A DNA stretch of 64,000 bases from a bacterium (GCA_030649135.1 JAUSGI010000005.1:1-64000); one strand, 5' to 3'; positions 1-8,933 are shown, numbered from the stretch's first letter. Numbers and translations are program-made. Notes: generated by a model not told the origin, from the sequence alone.

Positions 1-1
1 A

Positions 2-104
2 CCGGCCGAATTGGAGAAGCTCGGCAAAAAGGCCCGAGAAAGCAACGCCGGCGAAGAAGAGAAGGAGATAGGAAAGATCCGCGAAGAATACAAAGTACAG
101 TAGT
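2..104 (+). CDS. 3' end of an upstream gene (partial; C-terminal fragment ...EEEKEIGKIREEYKVQ*)
   Basis: Open frame 2 runs from the window edge to a TAG at 102-104; charged, helical-looking tail. Too short to assign. Confidence 0.3.
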
Positions 105-223
105 TTCATAGACAAAACAAAAATCCATTTTATCTAGCCTCTCGGACCGCGTCGGCGGGAGAGAGCGAAATCTCAGCAGAGATTATCGCGAGGCTAAGGA
201 AAATGGATTTTTGTTTGCGAAAA

Positions 224-496
224 CTATTTAACCGCGTCCTTGAGGCCCTTGGCCGGGCGGAACTTCGGCACGCGCATCGATGGAACCGAGATGGAGGCGC
301 CGGTGCGAGGGTTTCTGGCCTGGCGGGCGGCGCGAACCTTGGTCGAGAAGATGCCGAGACCGGCAATCGAGACTTCGCCTCCTTTCTTCAACGTGGAGAC
401 GATGGAGTCGATGACAATGTCTACAACTTCTTCCGCCTGTACCTTGGTACCGCCAAGTTTGGCGTGCACTGCGTTTGCGATATCTACCTTATTCAT
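224..496 (-). CDS. hup: HU family DNA-binding protein
   Basis: 90 aa; MNKVDIANAV...GFGxF...RNPRTG motifs are characteristic of HU/IHF (bacterial histone-like) proteins. Confidence 0.9.
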   Translation of the reverse strand: MNKVDIANAVHAKLGGTKVQAEEVVDIVIDSIVSTLKKGGEVSIAGLGIFSTKVRAARQARNPRTGASISVPSMRVPKFRPAKGLKDAVK

Positions 497-541
497 TATC
501 TAGCTAATTTATTGATAATAGTCAATTATATACCCATTAAT

Positions 542-2071
542 TTACCTTGCAAACTCGATAGAACGAGCCTCCCTGATGACGTTGACCTTAATCTCGCCCG
601 GGTATCTAAGCTCGCTTTCAATGCGGAGGGCGATATCACGGGCCATTTTCTTGGCCTCAAGGTCAGAAACCTTCTCCGGAGTGACGAAAACCCTGATTTC
701 CCTGCCGGCGGCAAGCGCGTAAGCCTTGTCCACGCCTTCATAAGAAAGGGCGATGTCTTCAAGATCCTTTAGGCGCTTGAGATAATTCTCCAAATTATCC
801 CTGCGCGCCCCCGGCCGGCTGCCGGAGATGGCGTCAGCCGTCTGGACTATGACCGATTCGACGGTCTCATAAGGATATTCACCGTGATGCGCTTGCATCG
901 CCTTGATAATATCTTCGGAGACATTGAATTTCTGGAGAATCTTCCTGCCTATTTCCACGTGAGTGCCGGAAACCTCGTGGTCTAAAGCCTTGCCGATATC
1001 ATGGAGCAGCGCTCCGGCCCTGGCTACAGCCACGTTTGCCCCCAGCTCCTCCGCAATCATGCCGGACAAGTGACTCATTTCTACCGAATGCTCTAGAACG
1101 TTCTGGCTATAACTGGTACGGAAGTGGAGTCGTCCAAGAATGGAAAGGAGTTTCGGGTCGAGATTGTATATTTCGCACTCCATGGCCGCTTCTTCGCCTT
1201 TTTGCTTGATGAGGGAATTCACTTCCGATTCGGCCTTGGCCACGAACTCTTCGATTCTGGCCGGCTGGATGCGCCCATCGGAGATGAGATTGTCGAGCGA
1301 GAGCTTGGCTATGGCCCTACGCACCGGGTCAAAGGAGGAGAGAGTGATGGAGTTCGGAGTATCGTCGATGATAACCTCTACTCCGGTGGCCCGCTCGAAA
1401 GCTTTGATATTCCGGCCTTCCTTGCCGATTATCTTGCCCTTAATCTCATCGGACGGAAGGGCTACCGCGGTAGACATGATTTCGCCGGAGATTGAAGCGG
1501 CGAGCCTCTGGATGGCCGCGGAGATTATTTCTTTGGCACGCTCATCGAAACGCTCCTGCCCATGCGCCTCAAGTTTCTGCATGCGTATCAGGAAATCTTC
1601 TTCGAAATCCTTTTCAATAACTTTCAACAGCTCCTCCTTGGCCTCAAGAGGGGAGAGACCGGAGACCTTGGCCAATTCGCCTTGTCTTTTTTCCACCAGC
1701 TTTTCTATTTTCTCCTTGAGGGCCGTGGTTTCCTGCGCTCTTTCCTTTACATACTCGACTTCCTGGGATAAATCCGCCTGGCGCTTGTCCAAAAATTCTT
1801 CTTTTTTTATAAGACGGTCTTCAATATTTTTGAAACGGTTCTCCTTCTCCTTGAGTTCGGCTTGCGCTTTCTCTGCAAGCTCCTGCGCTTTCTCTTCGGC
1901 TTCCAAAATAATCCTTTGGGCCTCTTCTTTGGAATGGAGTTCAAGCTGCTTGATGTCGAGTTCCATGGACCCCTTTCTGCCCAAAGAAATCAGCAGGCGC
2001 AGTAAATAACCGAAGCCGATACCGGCTGATGCGGCAAGTAAAGCTAGAAGTAGCGCTAGTTTTAGAGACAT
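542..2071 (-). CDS. rny: ribonuclease Y
   Basis: 509 aa with an N-terminal TM helix and coiled coil, a KH domain (IIGKEGRNIKAFERATGVEVIIDD), and an HD domain (LLHDIGKA...HHGE). Confidence 0.9.
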   Translation of the reverse strand: MSLKLALLLALLAASAGIGFGYLLRLLISLGRKGSMELDIKQLELHSKEEAQRIILEAEEKAQELAEKAQAELKEKENRFKNIEDRLIKKEEFLDKRQADLSQEVEYVKERAQETTALKEKIEKLVEKRQGELAKVSGLSPLEAKEELLKVIEKDFEEDFLIRMQKLEAHGQERFDERAKEIISAAIQRLAASISGEIMSTAVALPSDEIKGKIIGKEGRNIKAFERATGVEVIIDDTPNSITLSSFDPVRRAIAKLSLDNLISDGRIQPARIEEFVAKAESEVNSLIKQKGEEAAMECEIYNLDPKLLSILGRLHFRTSYSQNVLEHSVEMSHLSGMIAEELGANVAVARAGALLHDIGKALDHEVSGTHVEIGRKILQKFNVSEDIIKAMQAHHGEYPYETVESVIVQTADAISGSRPGARRDNLENYLKRLKDLEDIALSYEGVDKAYALAAGREIRVFVTPEKVSDLEAKKMARDIALRIESELRYPGEIKVNVIREARSIEFAR

Positions 2072-2166
2072 TTGCGGAGGCTCAGTCAGTCGGAGCGGTC
2101 AGGCGGCGGGCACCAAGAAACGTTTCTGTTTATGTTTTAAGAGTGAACAACCGAAGTGTACTACTT

Positions 2167-2778
2167 CTATAGAATCTTGTCTATAATTCCGTATTTTTTG
2201 GCCTCCTCGGCAGTCATGAAGAAATCGCGGTCAATGTCCTTCTGAACTTGAGAGACGGATTGGCCGGTATTTTTAGCCATTATTTTTACCAGGTTTTCCC
2301 GCAGTTTTAAAATTTGCTTGGCCCTAATTTCGATATCGGTAGCCTGGCCCTGGGCACCGCCAAGCGGTTGATGAATCATGACCTCGGCATTCGGGAGCGC
2401 GAAACGCTTGCCCTTGGCACCGGCCGATAAGAGCCACGCGCCACCGCTGGCCGCCATGCCCACGCAGACGGTGGAAACATCCGGCTTAATGTGATTCATG
2501 GTATCAATCATGGCCAATGTCGCCGTAGCGGAACCGCCGGGAGAATTGATGTAAAGGGAAATATCTTTTTTCGGGTCCTCAAATTGGAGGAATAGGAGCT
2601 GGGCGATAACGATATTAGCCACGTCATCGTCAATCTCTCCGCCCAGAAAAATAATGCGCTCGCGGAGAAGGCGGGAGTAAATGTCGTAAGCTCGTTCGCC
2701 GAACTGGCTTTTCTCAATGACTGTTGGCACTAGATAACTCATGCGGCTTAGATTATCCCAAAGCCCGAGCGAAATCAA
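2167..2778 (-). CDS. clpP: ATP-dependent Clp protease proteolytic subunit
   Basis: 203 aa; the [11 protein letters not shown] region carries the catalytic Ser and MIHQPLGG the His-region typical of ClpP. The start may be the internal Met at [10 protein letters not shown] (approx 2739). Confidence 0.92.
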   Translation of the reverse strand: MISLGLWDNLSRMSYLVPTVIEKSQFGERAYDIYSRLLRERIIFLGGEIDDDVANIVIAQLLFLQFEDPKKDISLYINSPGGSATATLAMIDTMNHIKPDVSTVCVGMAASGGAWLLSAGAKGKRFALPNAEVMIHQPLGGAQGQATDIEIRAKQILKLRENLVKIMAKNTGQSVSQVQKDIDRDFFMTAEEAKKYGIIDKIL

Positions 2779-2831
2779 GTAAACAAAAACACGCCCTAGG
2801 GCGTGTTTTTGTTTCTCATTCTAACGAGAAA

Positions 2832-3089
2832 CTAGGATGCGTTAAGCTCGGCGTCGAGATTTTCTATTTCAGTGGAATTCAGATCAGCCTCTATGGCGGC
2901 TGCTGTGTCTGAATCGCTCTGAGAGTTGATGGCGTTGATTTCATCATTTATCGCCTGATTGTCTTCACGCTGGCCCATGAAGTAGAGGGCGCCGAAGACA
3001 ATGACCGCGAGAATGATGATGCCGCCGATTATCGGTCCGGCCGAACTGCCTCTCTCTTGAACCGCGCTAATGTTATTTGATTCATCCAT
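2832..3089 (-). CDS. hypothetical small membrane-anchored protein
   Basis: 85 aa with a single hydrophobic helix (GPIIGGIIILAVIVFGALYF) and an acidic tail; no recognisable family. Confidence 0.4.
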   Translation of the reverse strand: MDESNNISAVQERGSSAGPIIGGIIILAVIVFGALYFMGQREDNQAINDEINAINSQSDSDTAAAIEADLNSTEIENLDAELNAS

Positions 3090-3112
3090 GTTAGTTCCTA
3101 ATTAAGAATAAA

Positions 3113-3640
3113 TTAATCTTCCGGGGTTGAAGTCGCGCTTCTTTCTCCTCCGAGGGCTCGTATTGCCTTCGTGAGGCTCCTGTGAGCTTCGCGGATGTGG
3201 CCCTTGGCCTCGCTAGCGATATCGCGGACTCTTTCGAAGTTCTCTTTGGCTTTGTCTCCGGAAAGGTCCACGGAGGCGAAGAGGGCTATGCTTGCTTTGG
3301 TTAAGGAGAGGTGGTTTCTGGCCTCCACCACGTAAGCGGTAGAAGTGGCGGTAACGCCACCATCGGCCTTAACCTTCTCAATCCTGGATTCGAGGCGGAC
3401 AATTATCCTCTCGAGACGCTCAACTGTCGCCGTAAGTACTCTTGACGTATTGGCGGCCTTTCTCTTAGCCAGGCCTCTCTGCATTTCTGCGCGAGCGTCA
3501 GTGCTTGAGGCTTTTCTGGTCTGGGCTTCAACTTTACGAGTTTCAGTCTGGGTTCTAACATTGGGCTCTTTGGCCAGAGCGGGGGAAGCGAGCGAAACAA
3601 TGGAAAACATCAGTATCAGTGGAATGATTTTGCGATTCAT
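3113..3640 (-). CDS. hypothetical secreted coiled-coil protein
   Basis: 175 aa; N-terminal signal peptide (MNRKIIPLILMFSIVSLASPALA) followed by Ala/Arg/Glu-rich helical sequence. Confidence 0.5.
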   Translation of the reverse strand: MNRKIIPLILMFSIVSLASPALAKEPNVRTQTETRKVEAQTRKASSTDARAEMQRGLAKRKAANTSRVLTATVERLERIIVRLESRIEKVKADGGVTATSTAYVVEARNHLSLTKASIALFASVDLSGDKAKENFERVRDIASEAKGHIREAHRSLTKAIRALGGERSATSTPED

Positions 3641-3713
3641 TAGTGTTGGGTTAACTCTTAAACAGCCGTTACCGTAACCTCGGCATCAAGCCGAGAGGGT
3701 TAATTATAGCTAA

Positions 3714-4247
3714 TTAACCCTGCTTCTGCGAATACTCTTCGTTGTATAGTTTTAGCCCTTCTTCAAAGGCGTTTTCCGCCTCAATTCTACCCTTAAAACC
3801 CTTAACCTCGACGACTTTGTCCTGGAGCTTCTTGTAGGTGCTGTAGAAATGCTCGATTTCCTTGAGAGTGTGGGGGTTCACGTCATTTAAGTCTTTGAGG
3901 GTGGCGAAACGCGGATCATCGACTGGCACGGCGATAATCTTGTCGTCTCCCTCGCCGGAATCAATCATGTTCATGATAGCCACCGGCCGGACACGCACCA
4001 GAATGCCGGGCATTAAGGGGTAAGTAGTGAGAATAATCACATCCAAAGGGTCCTTGTCATGCCAGAGAGAGCGCGGCACGAAGCCGTAGTCGAAAGGAAA
4101 GTCCTGCGCGGTATGAGCCACCCGGTCCAGGGCGATGAGGCCGGTCTTCTTGTCTATCTCGTATTTATTTTTCGAACCCTTGTTGATTTCAACGATGACG
4201 TTGATGGATTCCTTGGAACCCGGTTCTATGTCGTGCCAGAGATTCAT
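3714..4247 (-). CDS. ppa: inorganic pyrophosphatase
   Basis: 177 aa; family I PPase signature (EINKGSKNKYEID...DPLDVIIL...DDKII). Confidence 0.9.
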   Translation of the reverse strand: MNLWHDIEPGSKESINVIVEINKGSKNKYEIDKKTGLIALDRVAHTAQDFPFDYGFVPRSLWHDKDPLDVIILTTYPLMPGILVRVRPVAIMNMIDSGEGDDKIIAVPVDDPRFATLKDLNDVNPHTLKEIEHFYSTYKKLQDKVVEVKGFKGRIEAENAFEEGLKLYNEEYSQKQG

Positions 4248-4268
4248 AAGTTTTTATTATACAGCAAA

Positions 4269-5408
<1,140 letters not shown>

Positions 5409-5482
5409 GATGTGAATTGTTACGAATTAAACCGTATTAACGAGAGAGGTTCGCCTCGCGGCGAACCTCTCCGAATAACCTA

Positions 5483-5511
5483 TTACTCTCCTAGTATAAC
5501 AAATCCCTAAA
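5483..5511 (-). promoter_or_regulatory. candidate sigma70-type promoter for nusA (TTGCAA, 17 nt spacer, TATACT), followed by a leader hairpin at 5442-5472
   Basis: Read on the minus strand: TTGCAAaaaatttagggatttgtTATACT. The 5' UTR contains a perfect 12-bp stem (GAGAGGTTCGCC gcga GGCGAACCTCTC) about 30 nt upstream of the nusA ATG. Confidence 0.5.
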
Positions 5512-5564
5512 TTTTTTGCAAGCCTTCCTGTCAGAAATCTCCGGTACTGAAGAACTCTGACAGG

Positions 5565-5589
5565 AAGCCGACGTTGCATCGGCTTTTTG
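5565..5589 (+). terminator. plus-strand intrinsic-terminator-like hairpin (AAGCCGA cgttgca TCGGCTT TTTTGA)
   Basis: 7-bp GC-containing stem followed by a T5 run on the plus strand; no plus-strand gene ends here (see findings). Confidence 0.35.
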
Positions 5590-5692
5590 AGGATGGTGAT
5601 TCTCGGGAGTTGGAAGGTCTCCCACCCCTTCTGTTGCCAGGCCGTCCTCACGGCCCCGGTGACCCACGTGATAATCAGCGTATTGCTGCCGG

Positions 5693-6013
5693 CTAGGATG
5701 CCAGCGCAATCTCACTAATCTCAAGCCCCAGAAGATCCGAGAGGTAGGTGTCAACCTCCTCCGGCATCCTCTCCGGCTTGACCACGAGGATCAGGCTGGG
5801 CACCATACCCCTTTCCGGGATAGGAGCCTGCGCCATCACCCACTCGACCTTGGAATCCGACATGCGGTTTTCCACCGCAGCCAGACGCCCAAAGCAAGTG
5901 GTGCAGGCGCACCCCAACCACATCACCTCGAACGCGACGAGATTGCTCTCGACGCGACCGAAGCGAGGGTTGGACCAGCCGTCCACCCGCAGGCGAACGG
6001 TTCGGTTGGCCAT
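5693..6013 (-). CDS. hypothetical small protein with WLGCACTTC (CxCxxC) motif
   Basis: 106 aa from the ATG preceded by GGAGGTGaaatc. GC-rich codon usage, distinct from flanking genes. Possibly a thioredoxin-like or Fe-S-like small protein; not assignable. Confidence 0.45.
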   Translation of the reverse strand: MANRTVRLRVDGWSNPRFGRVESNLVAFEVMWLGCACTTCFGRLAAVENRMSDSKVEWVMAQAPIPERGMVPSLILVVKPERMPEEVDTYLSDLLGLEISEIALAS

Positions 6014-6262
6014 GATTTCACCTCCTTTCATGGCGAGTTATTCACCCGGATACCAACTGATAGCGCCTTCTCGCTAATCAGTCAGAAATCCAAGGCTACA
6101 TTAACGGCTAGGTCGCCCCAATCTTAAAAGAACAGCTGTTTCGCCCTTTTGGGCACATCAGTCGGGATACGCATCCCGAGACAGCAGGGACTAGTTGATA
6201 GTCCCTATGGCGGTTTCATCCGCCCCTCCTTATCCCCAACCTCCCCTGTGCGGGTGAGGATG

Positions 6263-6574
6263 TTACGGGGTCGAATCACCTTTCCCGGCATACTTACTCC
6301 GGTACTCAGCGATGAGCGCGTCCGCCTCCTCAGTCGAGGAGACGACCTGCCGGAGGCTAACCCTCCGGTTGAGCGTGCCGAACCGGCACGCCACGCGCGG
6401 ATTGGCAGCTTCGCCAATCCGAAGGACGAGCAGGTACCCGTCCTTCGTCTTGCGCAAGGAATGAGACATCTCCTCGTCGCAAAACTGGCGCACGACTACG
6501 CCGTCCGCGCTGGGAGCGGAATTGCACCCAGCGAAGAGCACGACCAGACAAAGAACAGCGGCAAACTTGATCAT
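6263..6574 (-). CDS. hypothetical lipoprotein
   Basis: 103 aa; signal peptide with lipobox (VVLFAGC); AGGAGaataagac ATG start; GC-rich. Confidence 0.5.
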   Translation of the reverse strand: MIKFAAVLCLVVLFAGCNSAPSADGVVVRQFCDEEMSHSLRKTKDGYLLVLRIGEAANPRVACRFGTLNRRVSLRQVVSSTEEADALIAEYRSKYAGKGDSTP

Positions 6575-6610
6575 GTCTTATTCTCCTGCGGCCTCGCCGC
6601 TTTCGAACAT

Positions 6611-6660
6611 TAAAGAACTTGAGCGAACCATTTCGCTCTTCTGAAAATCCAATTCCATTA
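6611..6660 (-). promoter_or_regulatory. copy 1 of a duplicated ~50-nt hairpin element located immediately 5' of the lipoprotein gene
   Basis: AAAGAACTTGAGCGAAccATTTCGCTCTTCTGAAaa... shares about 85 percent identity with 6985-7040. Forms a GAGCGAA/TTCGCTC stem extended by AGAA/TTCT. Confidence 0.5.
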
Positions 6661-6676
6661 GATTTTCGGAACAGCG

Positions 6677-6706
6677 GGCGAAGCATTGCACTTCGCCGGG
6701 TTTTTT
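6677..6706 (+). terminator. plus-strand intrinsic-terminator-like hairpin (GGCGAAG cattgca CTTCGCC GGG TTTTTT)
   Basis: Stem-loop followed by T6 on the plus strand, inside the GC-rich block. Confidence 0.35.
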
Positions 6707-6792
6707 AACGTGGTTCACTCCACGGAGCTGTGGTCTCGCCTCGGGATTATGATTTGCCCGAGATCCCCACTCATGTTTGCTCAGGCACCTTC

Positions 6793-6960
6793 GACTTACT
6801 TTCCAAAGCGATACAGCAGCTTTAGGAAGTAAGGAAAGGCCGCGAAGGACTGCGCACCTTTGAAGGCGAGGTTGCATCGCTTGCATACCATCACAAGCTG
6901 CCCGTCATCCGGGTCCTCGACCCCCTCAAGGAGTTTGTCCTTACACTCCGGACAGTCCGT
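6793..6960 (-). CDS. hypothetical 55-aa zinc-ribbon protein (CPEC...CKRC)
   Basis: MTDCPECKDKLLEGVEDPDDGQLVMVCKRCNLAF...; two CxxC pairs; preceded by GGAGGTGGTAAGAG. Below the 60-aa ORF-track cutoff; translated manually. Confidence 0.4.
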
Positions 6961-6984
6961 CATCTCTTACCACCTCCTTCTTCC

Positions 6985-7040
6985 AAAGAACTTGAGCGAA
7001 TTATTTCGCTCTTCTGAAGAACCAAATTTCAATTTTTAGT
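6985..7040 (-). promoter_or_regulatory. copy 2 of the duplicated ~50-nt hairpin element located immediately 5' of the zinc-ribbon gene
   Basis: CAAAGAACTTGAGCGAAttATTTCGCTCTTCTGAAgaaccAAATTTCAATT; same architecture as 6611-6660. Confidence 0.5.
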
Positions 7041-7498
7041 TCCTCGGAAGAGGGGGCTAGAGAAGTTCTCTCGCCCCGGCGTAGTCTGGAGTCCCGGTTT
7101 CCCTATGCCGGGTTATCTCCAGTTAAGGACCCACGCAAGGTCCCGCGCCACAGTCGAGGCTTCCCTCGAACGTCTGTGACGACTCGCCGCAACAACCATT
7201 GCGGCAGCAGGGGCTGAGATCATCAGCCAACCGCCTGCACGGCCGGTGGACTCTGGCGCGTTTTGGGGTACGCACCGCTCCACCATGGGAAGAACAAAAC
7301 CCTGTTTCATCCTTTCGGAATCATCAGCCCGGATACACATCCGGATACAGGAACCAGGGTTTAGCATTCCTGGTAGCGGCTCTGCTTCCGCGCGGCTCAC
7401 CACTCTAAGTAGGTGACACTTCTCTGTTTGTTATCGCGGGACAGAGAGCCGCGTATGCATTTTCTGTTCCCAGGACTGCGATAACACCCCGGCTAACC

Positions 7499-7669
7499 CT
7501 AAGTTAGCAGTACCCGGAGGGAGAAGATTACTTCCTTCTCCTCCAACGATCGGTCCGTCCTCCAGAAGGGAAAGAAATCGCTCGAAGCGACTCCCTCCTC
7601 TCGGATTTCGGACGACCGTCGGGGCTGTAGCCAGCCCGGGCGAGAATCATAGTGGCTTGCACCACCAGA
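7499..7669 (-). CDS. possible small basic ORF (56 aa, GTG start after GGAGGTGagtgagt)
   Basis: VEKGKKNLVVQATMILARAGYSPDGRPKSERRESLRA...; first ORF downstream of the minus-strand promoter at 7733-7761; weak evidence. Confidence 0.2.
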   Translation of the reverse strand, partial: SGGASHYDSRPGWLQPRRSSEIREEGVASSDFFPFWRTDRSLEEKEVIFSLRVLLT

Positions 7670-7732
7670 TTCTTCTTACCTTTTTCCACTCACTCACCTC
7701 CTTTCAGGGAACCTTGTCAGCGTCCGATTACA

Positions 7733-7761
7733 ATCTTACTCCATGTGATATTTATTGTCAA
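7733..7761 (-). promoter_or_regulatory. candidate sigma70 promoter reading into the GC-rich block (TTGACA, 17 nt spacer, TAAGAT)
   Basis: Minus-strand read TTGACAataaatatcacatggagTAAGAT within the AT-rich 7700-7950 hub. Confidence 0.45.
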
Positions 7762-7906
7762 CTCATTTTGACACTTTACTACAACTGGTCGTAAAAATAT
7801 GGCTAAATAAGACCATAGTTTGAAATATGAGTTTAATTTGGTCTGACTAAACTAGTATTTAAAGGGTTGATATTTTTGACCAATAATGGTGTTTAGTCAT
7901 TTACGT

Positions 7907-7935
7907 TTGACAAATAAAATTAGGGGGTATATACT
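7907..7935 (+). promoter_or_regulatory. candidate sigma70 promoter (TTGACA, 17 nt spacer, TATACT) with no protein gene downstream
   Basis: TTGACAaataaaattagggggtaTATACT. The next ~220 nt has no ORF over 22 codons and ends in the strong hairpin at 8131-8155. Confidence 0.5.
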
Positions 7936-8130
7936 GGTGACAGAAACTCCTCGAAAGGAGAGTGCATGAACGACTAGGGGATGGGGAAGTCCGGGGCGTA
8001 GCGCCCCGGACATGACCCAGAAATGCGGTTAACAGAAAAGGAGATTGGGATGGCCGACTGATGTCGTACCTAGGGTAGCTTCAAAAACCAGGAGGGGGTT
8101 ATGCTGTTAGCAATGACCCCACCCACAAAT

Positions 8131-8167
8131 GCCGTGGCGGCTTCACCGCCACGGCATCTTCATTTAT
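8131..8167. terminator. GC hairpin (GCCGTGGCGG cttca CCGCCACGGC) followed by a T-rich tract; terminator for the TrmB-like gene and/or the plus-strand transcript
   Basis: 10-bp perfect stem; flanked by T-rich sequence on the plus strand and lying just 3' of the minus-strand gene ending at 8160. Confidence 0.5.
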
Positions 8168-8900
8168 GATCAAAGATGTATTTGATAAGGCTTTTAAGAG
8201 TTTCTGCAAACTCCTGACTTTTTACAGATATTCCTGAAAGTCTTTTCCCGAGTATGGCTATTTTCACACGATCGCCATAAATCGTTATGTCACTTGTAAT
8301 CGGATACTTTTCATGATCTATTTTAATTCTTTCTCCAGTGCTATCAGACGGTTTATCGATAATTTTCGAGGTGTAAATTGATTTCGACCTGATTCCTCTG
8401 GAAATCCTTTCCTCTCGCATATTCGTCGTTTCTTTTTCAGTAAATAGATCTTTTACTAAATCTAGTGGATATACCATATAGACTGGTTCGTCATCGAGTT
8501 TTTTTACAAAAGTATCATCGTTGGAACTCAAGACCCCTTCCTTACCATCGAAAAACTGGACTATAGGTTTTCCTACTCGCTCTCCTTGGAGACCTCTCAA
8601 TTGGGGGATGATGATATCTAAGCTTTTTTTGTTTTCCTCTAGAAGGTGAATTTGTCTCTCAACAAAGAAACCGAGTTTCTCCGGTGGTTCGGCTAGGTAA
8701 TAAGTCTTTTTACCTATATTGGTCTCACTTACAAGACCCTTTTTAGCCAAAGAGTCGAGAATGACATAAGTTGTTGGTCTTTTAACTTTCGCTTTTTGTG
8801 AGATCTCTGATATTTGAGCCTTGTCGAAAGAGAGGAGGGCGACATAGACTGCCGCTTCCTTATCGCTCAATCCTATATCCCTGAGATATTTCTCGAACAT
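8160..8900 (-). CDS. TrmB-family HTH transcriptional regulator
   Basis: 246 aa; the N-terminal wHTH (DKEAAVYVALLSFDKAQISEISQKAKVKRPTTYVILDSLAKKGLV) matches the TrmB sugar-regulator family layout. Confidence 0.75.
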   Translation of the reverse strand: MFEKYLRDIGLSDKEAAVYVALLSFDKAQISEISQKAKVKRPTTYVILDSLAKKGLVSETNIGKKTYYLAEPPEKLGFFVERQIHLLEENKKSLDIIIPQLRGLQGERVGKPIVQFFDGKEGVLSSNDDTFVKKLDDEPVYMVYPLDLVKDLFTEKETTNMREERISRGIRSKSIYTSKIIDKPSDSTGERIKIDHEKYPITSDITIYGDRVKIAILGKRLSGISVKSQEFAETLKSLIKYIFDHK

Positions 8901-8933
8901 ATATTAAATGATAGCATGACAGAAACTCTGCTG

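Noticed and set aside
1124-2009. Plus-strand ORFs (123 and 289 aa) inside rny
   Set aside because: They are antisense to the well-supported RNase Y gene; Ser/Ala-rich products typical of reverse frames.
6149-6613. 154-aa plus-strand ORF overlapping the lipoprotein gene
   Set aside because: It is antisense to a gene with a proper SD, signal peptide and lipobox. The product is low-complexity (Arg/Pro/Gly-rich), with no SD. It is a by-product of the high GC content.
7113-7403. 96-aa minus-strand ORF in the GC-rich block
   Set aside because: No SD and an Ala/Arg-rich low-complexity product. It overlaps the covarying structured module B, which is the better explanation for the conservation of this DNA.
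7040-7450. Possible RNase P RNA or rRNA fragment (CCCGG..CCGGG hairpins, a 16S-like string ggtttagcattcctggtagcgg)
   Set aside because: None of the conserved RNase P CR-I to CR-V motifs (GGAAAGUCCGG, GUAAGAGCGCACC, ACAGAACCCGGCUUA) and no universal 16S/23S motifs could be found on either strand. The 16S-like match is only 15 of 22 nt and isolated.
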